Below, in pieces: positions 39,601 to 49,009 of a stretch of 64,000 nt of DNA. This stretch comes from an uncultured delta proteobacterium (GTDB taxonomy: Bacteria; Desulfobacterota; Desulfobacteria; Desulfobacterales; JAFDCJ01). The notes under the pieces are model-generated. The model searched no databases. It worked only from the letters and a program-made list of their open reading frames with translations, and was not told where the DNA came from. Made by a program: the position numbers and the translations under genes. The DNA lies in contig CAVYNY010000007.1 of the NCBI GenBank assembly GCA_963769935.1, positions 160,001-224,000 on the forward strand. The letters run 5' to 3'. Positions within the stretch are counted from its first letter, which is position 1, and the number at the start of each line of letters is the position of its first letter.

Positions 39601-40172
39601 TTTATCACCTCGTCAAGCGGAACATAACTTTTTAGCGGATGGCGGTCCAGGCACCCCAGCAGCAGATCGAGTTGGCTGCGTCCGCTGTTGAGGAATTCGG
39701 GAGCCAGGCCGAGAAACTCGGGATAAACGATTGCCTTAGCCGGTGCCACGATGAATAAAAAACGCCGGCCTGAGGCGGTGACGATCTTCTCGATAGCGTG
39801 AAGCTGGAGCGCCAGCCGCTCCATATCAGCATCTTTGGCATCGTCTGCATTGCGGTAGTCCGTGATAGACTTGCGGCTGTACAACCAGCCGTCCCGGCCG
39901 ATGTGGACATCCTTCGCATCGGTTGTCCGAAACAGATTGAAATCAATCCAATTTTTGGCCAACATCAGCGGACCGCGCATTGAGAAACTGTCATCAAAAT
40001 ATTGCCCAAAAGCCCGGTAGTATTCTTTTTCCAGGAAGGCCCGGCCATAAGGTTGCGGAAATTTAAGTCCGAGCCGATTGATGTTGATGCCGAAATCCAG
40101 GCCCAGGATCCAGGCTGCGGTCGGCACAATCAGCAGGGAAACAAATAGTATGGCCAAAAATTTTCTCATCAA
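36678..40172 (-). CDS. AlgJ/AlgX-like domain, repeat-rich linker and C-terminal SGNH (sialate O-acetylesterase-like) domain
   Basis: N-terminal TM, GRDGWLY, APAKAIVYPE and HWN. C-terminal GQSNM, WFQGEAD and YLYG..P. Lies downstream of an MBOAT gene. Confidence 0.8.
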   Translation of the reverse strand: MMRKFLAILFVSLLIVPTAAWILGLDFGININRLGLKFPQPYGRAFLEKEYYRAFGQYFDDSFSMRGPLMLAKNWIDFNLFRTTDAKDVHIGRDGWLYSRKSITDYRNADDAKDADMERLALQLHAIEKIVTASGRRFLFIVAPAKAIVYPEFLGLAPEFLNSGRSQLDLLLGCLDRHPLKSYVPLDEVIKAAKRSRALLYDKTHAHWNGLGALVAAESIYHRIHDAAAGSGPLDYIASHDDGIGDLGVRLMGLSAEIVETPFRRLAGSNRSDLPAGILYGDLFQQNLSPYLLQMFKQLAVVPADRIPSIQHKEDWLAYKYILLESAQTALQTLNIDVDRIYAMLEPEAQSTHRIALDLATVAPVSQTSLANRPDGLEIKSLGAGSAFELPDVAASNNHVFRVLKLSLAARQSDRMTIQYRIPLLDAVHKIIKPGITEFFLPLPFQETVSLRFFPGEKAGLIVLRSAELIEFSDRPATDQPPRNETVAAAESPDAGEYASVGGRIAETSEQDAAFNFPSPPLNADIIDAAGDGTPSGDAEYRSSKSYLKVKIEPEIESTAAKPETAAESSKPEANSDLSSEPKILPEHDLVAKADSEISNQSDIPPDHDLIAKADSTISTQSDIPPDHDLGAKADSKISNQSDIPPDHDQAVEDRTPPRSDRYQPDEAGDKVSDHEWKPAVIAPVPEPENAEPTAKPDSGVSHTGNMEGSIDVKPIVSEKVQKSDEDPPSITLTDFEDGRIFQRNNRRADIIVSGTCTGAVEPIEARVVRADSSEDIVPWTIIDNSPQNGIFVGVLAGVPQGGWYNLQVRFGRKTSVSDKGSNQWGVGILIACLGQSNMKEWFHAGESFKAHSMLRKYSHKGWTSLGSRGNGALAFGNRLVESLGIPVGLLDFAVNGSGLRKEADWGTGYWENTAPGSIYSHFVAGASKVGGVLEFVIWFQGEADAARRTVTETEYRDSLESFITNQVRTDIANGSDRKHLPFLVIMMTRRPGGWDEPHQAIRNAQKYVAENVPECYLAATTLDLKNRGKQHMQPDAYTAMGYRVAQTVLYILGKAQYYRGPTATAARRINDRRIDVSIEHRGGSDFTPVDGISGWEVLVNETAQPIAEVKRLNPTTISITLENPLTESATVRYLYGAMPDTRNPVVDNSPLALPLEPYQAQVQ
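38227..38420 (-). repeat. In-frame 60-bp tandem repeat (3 copies plus a partial copy)
   Basis: Lines 38221, 38281 and 38341 are nearly identical and encode DHDLxAKADSxISxQSDIPP. Confidence 0.95.
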
Positions 40173-40176
40173 TGCC

Positions 40177-41604
40177 TTAAAACCGGTAGTATATAAAGGG
40201 GGTGTTGGCCCCGCCCATAATCAGGGCGGCACAGAACGGCAGCAGCAGCAGGATCATCAGGACACCGGTGAAGAGGGGAATGGGGTCTTTTCTATCCATT
40301 AAATATCGCAGACCGGAGAAATCGCGCGGCATGAAAAATACCGTTAATGCGGTCATCAAAAACAGGACATTGCGATAATTTAATACCAGGCTCAGTTCGT
40401 AAGACACCGGCCAATTCGTTATCGTAAACATTCTGGATATAAACGCGAATGCCTGGAAGATGTTTGCGGAGCGAAAGACCACCCAGCCCAGGATGACCAG
40501 CAGCAGGGTGGCCGCACGACGCACCGCATGGTGTTTTTCAGCCGGCAGATTGCGGATGCCGCTGATTCGTTCCAGCATGAGCAAAGCACCGTGGAAAATT
40601 CCCCAGAACACAAACGTCCAATTCGCTCCATGCCACAGCCCGCAGAGGATAAACACGAGGCTCAAATTCAGGCAGGTTCGGCCGGTGCCTTTTTGATTGC
40701 CGCCTAAAGGAATGTAGAGATAGTCCCGAAACCAACGACCCAGCGTGATGTGCCAGCGATGCCAGAAATCCGTGATGCTTACCGAGGAGTAGGGGCGGTT
40801 GAAATTTTCGGGGAATTTAAAACCGAACAGCATCCCCAGGCCGATGGCCATATCGGAATAGGCGGAAAAATCGAAATAGATCTGAAGGGTGTAGGCAATC
40901 GCCCCCAGCCAAGCCATTTTGGTATCGAGCAGTTCGGGGCGGAGGGCAAAGGTGAAGTCGGCGATTCGGCCGCAGGCATCGGCAATTACGACTTTTTTGG
41001 CCAGTCCCCAGCAAAAGCGGATGATGCCGTCATAAAAGAGAGACCAGGATTCCCGGCGTTGTTTGAGCTGGCTGTGAACGGCGTGATACCGCATGATCGG
41101 GCCGGCAATCAACTCCGGAAATACGGCCACATAGAGCGCAAAATCAACGATATTTTTTTGGGCGCGGGCCTTGCCCTGATATACGTCCAGGATATAACTG
41201 AGCTTTTTAAATGTGAAAAACGAGATCCCGATCGGCAGAATAACTTCCTGCCATTGGATGCGTGCGAAACCGAATCGGGCAAAAACGATGTTCAAGTTGT
41301 CGACAAAAAAGTCGGCATATTTAAAATAGACCAATAGCCCGATGTTGAGAAGCACCGCCAGCACCATCCACAATCGTTTACGTGGGGCATCACGTTCGAT
41401 GAGCAGACCGAGCAAATAATCAGCCGTGGTGGAGCCGATCAGGATCAGCACAAAGGCGGCCGCACCGTAAAGATAGAATAGATAGCTGCCAAAAAGAAGG
41501 ACGGCGTTGCGCAGGTTTTTCGGACCCAGCAATTGCTGTGCGTAATATAGGATGATAACGGCCGGTAGAAAGCCGAACAGGAATATGGTGCTTGAAAATA
41601 CCAT
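40177..41604 (-). CDS. MBOAT O-acyltransferase, AlgI/PatA-like
   Basis: MVFSS..FLF, LPIGISFFTF, QIYFDFSAYSDMAIG, FWHRWHITL..WFRDYLYIPLGG, GLWHGA and C-terminal PFIYYRF. Confidence 0.95.
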   Translation of the reverse strand: MVFSSTIFLFGFLPAVIILYYAQQLLGPKNLRNAVLLFGSYLFYLYGAAAFVLILIGSTTADYLLGLLIERDAPRKRLWMVLAVLLNIGLLVYFKYADFFVDNLNIVFARFGFARIQWQEVILPIGISFFTFKKLSYILDVYQGKARAQKNIVDFALYVAVFPELIAGPIMRYHAVHSQLKQRRESWSLFYDGIIRFCWGLAKKVVIADACGRIADFTFALRPELLDTKMAWLGAIAYTLQIYFDFSAYSDMAIGLGMLFGFKFPENFNRPYSSVSITDFWHRWHITLGRWFRDYLYIPLGGNQKGTGRTCLNLSLVFILCGLWHGANWTFVFWGIFHGALLMLERISGIRNLPAEKHHAVRRAATLLLVILGWVVFRSANIFQAFAFISRMFTITNWPVSYELSLVLNYRNVLFLMTALTVFFMPRDFSGLRYLMDRKDPIPLFTGVLMILLLLPFCAALIMGGANTPFIYYRF

Positions 41605-41984
41605 CGTAATTTATCCGCCGCCCCGTTTCTAAACTGATTTTCCCATTTTTAAGCGTAAATTTGATGAACAGCTTGAGGTGTTGTTATGGGCGGATAAATT
41701 AATTTAACCATAATTCGAGTAAACACTCAAATGGTTATTCCAAAATTGAAAACCTGATCCTCTGGGCCAGGATGCTTTGCTTGCTTTGGGTGTTTTGCCT
41801 TTCAGGGCAACCCGGCAGACGGGTAAGAACCCCTTGAGGACTGAGCGCAGCCTAACTCTCCTTCGAAACGTATTCGCCGCTGTTGGTTTTTGGGGTTTCG
41901 ATTTTTATAATATCGTTTGATATTTGATGCGAAGAAATGACACCCGCCAGGAAATCGTCCCGGAATTCAAATCACGAAGCAAAT

Positions 41985-43622
41985 TTACCGGGCGGCGGTT
42001 TTGTCGTTGCGGTCGAAATGTTCATTCATGAATTTCGCAAGGTCTGATGTGTCGAATGTGAATTTCATGTTTTTCCTGAATTTAGCGAGGTCGTCATACA
42101 AAGCTGAAGCGCTCTGATATCTTACCTCTTTTTTCTTTGCCAGGCATTTCATAACGATGTCATTGAGTTCGGCCGGGATCCCCTCTCTCGCTTGCATTAA
42201 AGGTTCGATCTCCAATGTTGGAATAGCTCGAATAGCTTCCACATCCGTGTCAAAAGCGTAGACTTTTTTTCCACTGATAGTTTCATAGAGAACCAGACCA
42301 AGGGCATAAATGTCGGTTCTTTGGTCGATGGGTTCTCCTAGTGATTGCTCGGGGGATAAATAAGCCAATTTTCCTTTAATGACGCCGGCCAGGGTTAGGC
42401 TCGGCTCGGATATTGCCTTGGATATGCCGAAATCGCTTATTTTTACCTCGCCTTCATAGGAGATCAGCATATTTTGCGGACTGATATCCCGATGGATAAT
42501 TTCAAGGGGTTGGCCGCTGTCGTCATCCCGCCGGCTGTGAGAATAATCCAGGCCTTTGCATATTTTGGAAATGATGAATACGGAATGTTCAATGGGCAGC
42601 CCCTTTCCCAAAGCTGTCAGGATTTCCTTTAAATTTTTCCCATGGATATATTCCATGGCAATGAAATAGGCGTTTTCGATATTGCCGTAGTCGAAAATTT
42701 GAACAACATTGGGGTGTTGTAATAGCGCGGCCAGGCGCGCTTCCCGGGTGAACATCTTGATGAATTCCGAATTTCCAGCCAGGTGCGGCAGGATGCGTTT
42801 TATGGCAACCTTTCTTCGAAAACCGTCTTCCCGTTCGTAATCCGCCAAAAACAATTCGGCCATTCCGCCCTGGGCAACCTTTTGACGAATCAGATAGGGC
42901 CCGATGCGCTCCATGTTTGCAATTTCCTGCTTGATTTTTAACACCCTGGCTTTGGCCCTGCGGTCATGCCAGAAAATTATCGCAACGGCTAAGACAGCAA
43001 GCAGAGCGATCCCGGAAAAATATATGCTCCGTGAAAAATTTATGAATCGATTAAGATCGGCGGTTGAAAGGTCGATATAGACCGCTCCGATCTTCACATT
43101 AGAAAACGTTATATCTTTAAAAAAACCGATATCTTCCGTGTTGTCCGGTAAATGATTTGCAGTTACCGTGACTTCGTCCCTTACAGCGATCGGTTTTTGA
43201 TTCTGAGGGGGCTCGAACTTACCAACTCTCGGTTCAGCGCCTGCCTGCGCCAGAATCGTATTTGTGTGATCAGTAATCACTGCGAAATTAAGGCTTTTGA
43301 TCTTCTCCAGTTCTCTGATTTCAACGCTAAGGGCAAGCTGCTCTTTTTCCAATACCAATGGTGCGCTTTTGGCTGCCAAATCGGCGGTAGCTGCGAGACC
43401 TTGCTGATAAAGATCATTTCTTGCCCGCTCAACGCCGGAGCGATAAACAAAATAGCCGGCTAAACCGGCAACCAGCCAGACAGCGAGGCAGAGGACGATT
43501 GTTTTGCCATTGCGGCGCATAAATTCCATTTCTTTTATATTTTTTGATATTCGGTTGAAAATGCTCGTTGAAAATTCCTTTACTTTTACCGCCGTCGTTG
43601 ACGCAATATCGGTCGCAAACAT
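41985..43622 (-). CDS. Membrane receptor Ser/Thr kinase (TM - periplasmic domain - TM - kinase)
   Basis: GGMAELF, VAIK, HRDISPQN, DFG and YLSPEQ. Two TM helices. SD AGGAGG before 43622. Confidence 0.93.
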   Translation of the reverse strand: MFATDIASTTAVKVKEFSTSIFNRISKNIKEMEFMRRNGKTIVLCLAVWLVAGLAGYFVYRSGVERARNDLYQQGLAATADLAAKSAPLVLEKEQLALSVEIRELEKIKSLNFAVITDHTNTILAQAGAEPRVGKFEPPQNQKPIAVRDEVTVTANHLPDNTEDIGFFKDITFSNVKIGAVYIDLSTADLNRFINFSRSIYFSGIALLAVLAVAIIFWHDRRAKARVLKIKQEIANMERIGPYLIRQKVAQGGMAELFLADYEREDGFRRKVAIKRILPHLAGNSEFIKMFTREARLAALLQHPNVVQIFDYGNIENAYFIAMEYIHGKNLKEILTALGKGLPIEHSVFIISKICKGLDYSHSRRDDDSGQPLEIIHRDISPQNMLISYEGEVKISDFGISKAISEPSLTLAGVIKGKLAYLSPEQSLGEPIDQRTDIYALGLVLYETISGKKVYAFDTDVEAIRAIPTLEIEPLMQAREGIPAELNDIVMKCLAKKKEVRYQSASALYDDLAKFRKNMKFTFDTSDLAKFMNEHFDRNDKTAAR

Positions 43623-43671
43623 CGGACAACCTCCTAACGAATACTGAGTTTAGGGATTATTAATTCATGGC

Positions 43672-44550
43672 CTAGGCGGTCAATTTTTGAATAATTTCAG
43701 CGCATCGCAATATGATCTGACGTTTGATCCCATAAAGATCCTGGCGGTCGGCAATCTCCGATAAATCAATTCCTTTTAAGTCAGCATGGCATTCAGCGTT
43801 CTGCCCGGGATTCGAAATCTTCGCGATCGATTTTTCGTAAAGATGGGGGTGATAAAATCCATCGGCATTGACGGTTTTATTTGTGCCGCACATGGGACAC
43901 ATGATCACGTGTTTATCCGCTCTCGGCGCCTCTTGACGCCGGTGCCAGAAAAAATCCTTCAGCAGCCGTGGGTTGACGTTGATTTTTCGCCAGCCCAGCA
44001 TTACCATGAACAGCAATAGACATAGAAAGCTTAAAGCCGCGGCGATCATAAATTGATTTCTGACCATTACCGTTTTTGCGGCTGAAAGCGCAAGGTAAAT
44101 TTCACCAATTTGGGTGCCGGCATAATGGATGCCTGATGTAAAACTGACAATTTTTTTTTGGTTTGGAAATTCGCCTTTCCAAAAGGTTATTTGATCCTTT
44201 TTTTGCACGGAATCATTTCTGACGGGTTTGACATTTTGGGCACCCGCAACGGCTACAATTTCATCGCGATAATCGGACACCGCCAGATATAGGATGTCCT
44301 TTCTTTGCCCGATATCCATTACCTGTCTACGGATGGCCGGCGTATCTTTTTCTAAAAGCTTAACACTGATTTGTTTGGCAAGTCCGCTAACGATATTGAT
44401 TCCGGATTCCTGAATGCCGGAATTGATGTGCTCCAATCGAAGGGCCGTGACGGCGTAGCCCAGGGCTATCAATATCCACCAGACGACAATACCCAAAATT
44501 AAATGGCGGGAGTTAAAACCTGCTCTTTTTAGCCGGCTCAAGTCCATCAA
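43672..44550 (-). CDS. Membrane protein with the same periplasmic domain as the adjacent kinase and a cytoplasmic CxxC tail
   Basis: Two TMs. FTSGIHYAGTQIGEIYLALS resembles FFKDITFSNVKIGAVYIDLS in the kinase. CPMC motif in the tail. Confidence 0.7.
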   Translation of the reverse strand: MMDLSRLKRAGFNSRHLILGIVVWWILIALGYAVTALRLEHINSGIQESGINIVSGLAKQISVKLLEKDTPAIRRQVMDIGQRKDILYLAVSDYRDEIVAVAGAQNVKPVRNDSVQKKDQITFWKGEFPNQKKIVSFTSGIHYAGTQIGEIYLALSAAKTVMVRNQFMIAAALSFLCLLLFMVMLGWRKINVNPRLLKDFFWHRRQEAPRADKHVIMCPMCGTNKTVNADGFYHPHLYEKSIAKISNPGQNAECHADLKGIDLSEIADRQDLYGIKRQIILRCAEIIQKLTA

Positions 44551-44913
44551 TAAAATGATCCCCGCAAATTGCGAAGTTACAGTTCTTTCCGGTCCAGCGT
44601 TGTTATCGAAAGGCGCACATTGACCACAAGAGCGATGCGTGAATTATCATTTAATTTATTCGTCCGCGGGCGCCTTGTCAAGTAAATTAACGTTCGGAAT
44701 TTACTATATTTAATCTGCGCAGCGACCCGTTGCGGGGTAAATTTTAACTCAATTGATTGATTAAACCCGTTCAAATCTTAACTGAAATAATTTGACAAGA
44801 CATTGATATTCAGACTAATAATAGCCTGGTAGATTCCGCCGGTTGCCTGAGGTACGGTGATGGTTTTGGCAGGCTGAAGTCCAGCGCAAACAAAAACCGA
44901 ATGGGTTCTCAAG

Positions 44914-45933
44914 GTGATGACTTATATTCAGATTATTCTATTAGCCGCTCTGATAATGCCGGCAGGTTTACTTTCCTGCGTTCCTATCGGTCCAGCCTCA
45001 GGGTATTCTTCCTCAGGGGACTCATCCCAAAATATTTTTAGATCAAAGGAATTTATCGTCTATCAGTTGCCGACAGCCGCAACGTCGACTGAATTGGCCG
45101 AACGGTTTCTGGGAGACAGCCATAAGTCGTGGCTGATCGAGGAGTCCAATCCAGGCGCTGGCTTTAACAGCGGCGAGCTGATTGTCATTCCGCTGAATCA
45201 TTTCGACAGGGGTGGATTGTGGAGAGACGGTATACAGACAATACCCATCCTCACCTATCACCGGTTTTCCAATGATTGCAGTTCACCGCTTTGCGTGGGC
45301 AGCAGCATTTTTGAGAATCAGATGAGATATCTGAAAGAAAATGATTTCCATGTCATTTCACCGGAGCAGCTGCTCGCCTTTCTGGAATACAGGGAGGGCT
45401 TGCCGAAAAAATCCGTATTGATCACTATGGACGATGGATATCGTTCAGCTTATGAGATTGCTTATCCCATCCTCAAAAAATATGGCTTCACGGCGACGTT
45501 TTTTATTTATACGAATTTTGTCGGCGTATCCAAAATGGCCATTACCTGGGATCAACTGAAAGAACTGAAAGCAAATGGATTTTCAATCGGTTCTCATACC
45601 ATAAGCCACAGCGATTTGACCCAGCGCGAGGACGGGGAAACCGAGGCTGATTGGATGGCCAGGATTGATAAGGAACTTCACGGTTCCAAGCAAATACTCG
45701 ATAAAAAATTGAACCAGGATACGATATCGCTGGCCTATCCGTACGGCAAATATGACCAACGTGCCATCGAAACTGCCCGAAAAGCCGGCTACAAAATGGC
45801 GATGTCGGTCCAAAGAGGCGGCAACCCCTTTTTTGCCGATCCCCTGTATCTGCGAAGGGACATGATATTGAAAAAGGATCTGCAAACATTTATCTCCAGA
45901 CTGAATACTTTTAAACCCATGTCGTTAAAGTGA
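44914..45933 (+). CDS. Lipoprotein: LysM-like domain plus CE4 polysaccharide deacetylase
   Basis: Lipobox LLSC. ILTYH, ITMDDG, SHTISH and AYPYG. The N-terminal LAERFLGD..W.I..N..GELIVIP is LysM-like. Confidence 0.88.
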   Translation: MMTYIQIILLAALIMPAGLLSCVPIGPASGYSSSGDSSQNIFRSKEFIVYQLPTAATSTELAERFLGDSHKSWLIEESNPGAGFNSGELIVIPLNHFDRGGLWRDGIQTIPILTYHRFSNDCSSPLCVGSSIFENQMRYLKENDFHVISPEQLLAFLEYREGLPKKSVLITMDDGYRSAYEIAYPILKKYGFTATFFIYTNFVGVSKMAITWDQLKELKANGFSIGSHTISHSDLTQREDGETEADWMARIDKELHGSKQILDKKLNQDTISLAYPYGKYDQRAIETARKAGYKMAMSVQRGGNPFFADPLYLRRDMILKKDLQTFISRLNTFKPMSLK

Positions 45934-45940
45934 GAATGCC

Positions 45941-47365
45941 ATGAAAACAAGAGCTGGAATTATCGGTATTATCTTTTTGTGCGTGCTGGCAAACGGTTGC
46001 GCAACCTTGGGGACCAAGTCGTCCCCCAAAAATCGTGAGCAGTTGGCTGATGAGTATCAGACCAAAGCCCGGGATTACGAAGCGAAAGGTGAATTGGTTG
46101 AAGCGCTGGAACAATACAGACTTTGGCTCACGGTAGATCCTGAAAACAAATCGGCTCAGGATAAAAGCACGCAGATCGGACAGGAACTTCAAAAGTTGGC
46201 CGAAAGCCATTATCAAAGCGGACTGGCCTACTATCAAAAGGGGCAATACACTCCGGCCCGCCAGGAATTTTTAACTGCCCTCAGAGATGATCCGGATCAC
46301 CAGGGGGCAAAAGAGATGCTTATAGCCAATCGAGAGTTGGAACAGGTCGACAGATATGTATTGCATACGATCCAACCGAATGAGACCCTTGCAACATTGG
46401 CCAAACAATACTACGGCGACTATAAGAAATTTCATTTGATCGCCATATACAATGGCATCGAGGACGCCACTAAAGTCAGGGTCGGACAGCAGATTAAGGT
46501 TCCGGTCTTCGAGGGGGTCCCGATTATGGCAGATCCATCGAAAATTCTGACTGTTTCCGGCAAAGCTCCTCAAGCAAAACCGGAAGAAATCATAACGGTT
46601 AAAGGTTTCGTCGTCCATACCGTTAAAGCTGAGGATACCCTGTCGAAGCTGGCAAAAGAGTATTACGGCGATTTAAAAAAATTTGATCTCATTGCCAAGT
46701 TTAACGACATGCAGGTATCCGACAGTCTGCAGGTCGGACAGGAGATTAAAATCCCTGAGGTCGAGGGCGTGCCGTTTCTGGCACCTGAAGCCAAAGAGCT
46801 GACAGAGATCAAAACGCCGGAAGCGGAGGCCCCGGCGGCGAAAGAAGCACAGCCGGAAAAAGCTGCAGAGGAGCCGGCAACAGCCAAAGTGGAGGCCTCC
46901 GAAGAAGACCAGGCGGCCGCTTACCGGAAGTCCGGCATTGAGTTCTATCAGGATAAGAACTATGCGGACGCGGTAGTAGAACTGCAGAAGGCTTTAAGTG
47001 CAAATCCGGATGATAAGGTTACTAAGGATTATCTGTCGTTAGCCTACTTTGAACAAGGAGTTGCTTCCTTTAACAAAGAGGACTATTCTCAGTCCATCAA
47101 GGCGTTCGAAACCTCCCGGCAGTTCAACAGCAGCTGTGAAAAATGTGAATCGTATCTAAAGCAAAGCCAGGAAAAATTCAAAGATCTTCATTATCGCCAA
47201 GGGGTCTCGTATTTCGGGCAGGAAAAACTGGCCGAAGCCATCAGCGAATGGCAACAGGTTTATAACATGGATCCGAACTACAAGGACGTCAGCAAAAATA
47301 TATCCAAGGCTCAAACATTGCTGCAACGCCTTGAGGAAATACAAAAGAGCAATCAAAAAAAATAA
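45941..47365 (+). CDS. Lipoprotein with TPRs and two LysM domains
   Basis: Lipobox ANGC. HTIQPNETLATLAKQYYGD and HTVKAEDTLSKLAKEYYGD. TPRs on both sides. Confidence 0.9.
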   Translation: MKTRAGIIGIIFLCVLANGCATLGTKSSPKNREQLADEYQTKARDYEAKGELVEALEQYRLWLTVDPENKSAQDKSTQIGQELQKLAESHYQSGLAYYQKGQYTPARQEFLTALRDDPDHQGAKEMLIANRELEQVDRYVLHTIQPNETLATLAKQYYGDYKKFHLIAIYNGIEDATKVRVGQQIKVPVFEGVPIMADPSKILTVSGKAPQAKPEEIITVKGFVVHTVKAEDTLSKLAKEYYGDLKKFDLIAKFNDMQVSDSLQVGQEIKIPEVEGVPFLAPEAKELTEIKTPEAEAPAAKEAQPEKAAEEPATAKVEASEEDQAAAYRKSGIEFYQDKNYADAVVELQKALSANPDDKVTKDYLSLAYFEQGVASFNKEDYSQSIKAFETSRQFNSSCEKCESYLKQSQEKFKDLHYRQGVSYFGQEKLAEAISEWQQVYNMDPNYKDVSKNISKAQTLLQRLEEIQKSNQKK

Positions 47366-47515
47366 CCCGAATTAAATCCAAATTGAGTCAAAAGTCTACG
47401 TGTGCTGCCGAAATGCGATTCGCTCCCGCAAAACAACAGACCTGAAACCGCGCAGATTTCTCTCATTAACATCCGTCATAATATCTCTGAATCTGCTAAA
47501 TAGAATTTTGAGACA

Positions 47516-49009
47516 ATGGCCAACCAAACCGCAACCACGTCGATTGCGCCCGCCCCCCCGCCGATCAGGGTGAGAATCGAAAAAGGCACTGCCGACAAAA
47601 GCGAGTATGTGTTTACCCAACCATTTCGCTGCGGGCGCGATGAAAGCTGTGAGGTACGACTTGCCGATACGGCGGTGAGTAGATTTCATGCCGAATTTTG
47701 GTTTTCGGCCGGAAGATGGTGGATACTCGATTTGCAAAGTGGCAATGGATCGTACCTGGATGGAACGAAAGTCGAACGTGCGCCGATAGCAACCCTGGCC
47801 AGAGTCCAGCTGGGCGATGATGGTCCGGTGCTTCTCTTGACGGTTGAACGGGTTCCAACGGCTGAAGACGTTAAAGAAGATAAAAAGGTTCAAGACCGGC
47901 CCCGCTCACTTGAACACTACCAGGAGCACTATTTCCAGGATACTGAAAAAGGCAATGTCGGCGAGCATACGATGATGATCCGGCAAGCCTTTAAAAGGGT
48001 CCAAAACCGCCAGAGAGGAAGATTTATCGCTGTCATCTCGATTTTGAGTTTTTTGGTTCTAGCCGCCGGTATATATGCTCTGTACAAACATCAGGAAGTT
48101 TCCAAGCAAAAATTATTGGCCGAGGATATTTTCTATGCCATGAAATCCATGGAGCTTGAGTTTGCGCCGCTTGTAAAGATGGCCAGACTCAGCCAGGATG
48201 CCAACCTTCTGGCTAAGGTCCAGGAGTACCAAGCCCGCCGCAAAGTGCTGGAAAACAAGTATGACAAGTTTATCGAAGCACTTGAAATCTATAAGAAAAG
48301 CATCAGTCCCGAAGAAAGGATCATTCTGCGTATCGCCCGTATTTTCGGTGAGTGTGAAATAAAAATGCCTGAGGGTTTTGTGCACGAAGTGTTGAATTAC
48401 ATTGAGAAATGGAAAGCCACCCCCAGGCTGAAAATGGCTGTTCAACGGGCCCGGCAAAGAGGCTACACCACCAAAATAGCTGAAACCTTGCTGGCTCATG
48501 ATTTGCCCCCCCAGTATTTTTATCTGGCCCTTCAAGAGAGTAATTTTGACCCCGAGGCTTGCGGACCGGAAACCAAATGGGGCATTGCAAAAGGAATGTG
48601 GCAATTCATACCGGATACAGCTGTTGTTTTCGGTCTTCGCACCGGCCCCCTGCAAGATCAGCGACGGCCGGATCCGCTCGACGATCGCCATGATTTTGAA
48701 AAGTCGACCGAAGCGGCCGCCAAGTACATTAAGGCCATTTATGATACGGATGCCCAGGCTTCCGGGCTGCTGGTTATGGCCTCCTACAACTGGGGTGAAA
48801 GACGGGTGAACCGGCTCATTAAAACAATGCCTGAAAATCCACAGGAAAGAAATTTCTGGCTTCTGCTGGACAAATATAAAAAGCAAATTCCCCGTGAGAC
48901 TTACGACTATGTGTTTTCCATCTTTTCAGCCGCCGTCATCGGCGAAAACCCCGCTCTTTTCGGCTTTGACTTTGAAAATCCGCTGATGCATATCGAAAGC
49001 CGATTGTAA
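47516..49009 (+). CDS. FHA - TM - lytic transglycosylase (SLT/MltD-like) fusion
   Basis: FHA GR, VSRFHA and SGNGSY. TM FIAVISILSFLVLAAGIYAL. SLT motifs QESNF, GMWQFIP.TA, ASYNWGE and ETYDYV. Confidence 0.9.
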   Translation: MANQTATTSIAPAPPPIRVRIEKGTADKSEYVFTQPFRCGRDESCEVRLADTAVSRFHAEFWFSAGRWWILDLQSGNGSYLDGTKVERAPIATLARVQLGDDGPVLLLTVERVPTAEDVKEDKKVQDRPRSLEHYQEHYFQDTEKGNVGEHTMMIRQAFKRVQNRQRGRFIAVISILSFLVLAAGIYALYKHQEVSKQKLLAEDIFYAMKSMELEFAPLVKMARLSQDANLLAKVQEYQARRKVLENKYDKFIEALEIYKKSISPEERIILRIARIFGECEIKMPEGFVHEVLNYIEKWKATPRLKMAVQRARQRGYTTKIAETLLAHDLPPQYFYLALQESNFDPEACGPETKWGIAKGMWQFIPDTAVVFGLRTGPLQDQRRPDPLDDRHDFEKSTEAAAKYIKAIYDTDAQASGLLVMASYNWGERRVNRLIKTMPENPQERNFWLLLDKYKKQIPRETYDYVFSIFSAAVIGENPALFGFDFENPLMHIESRL

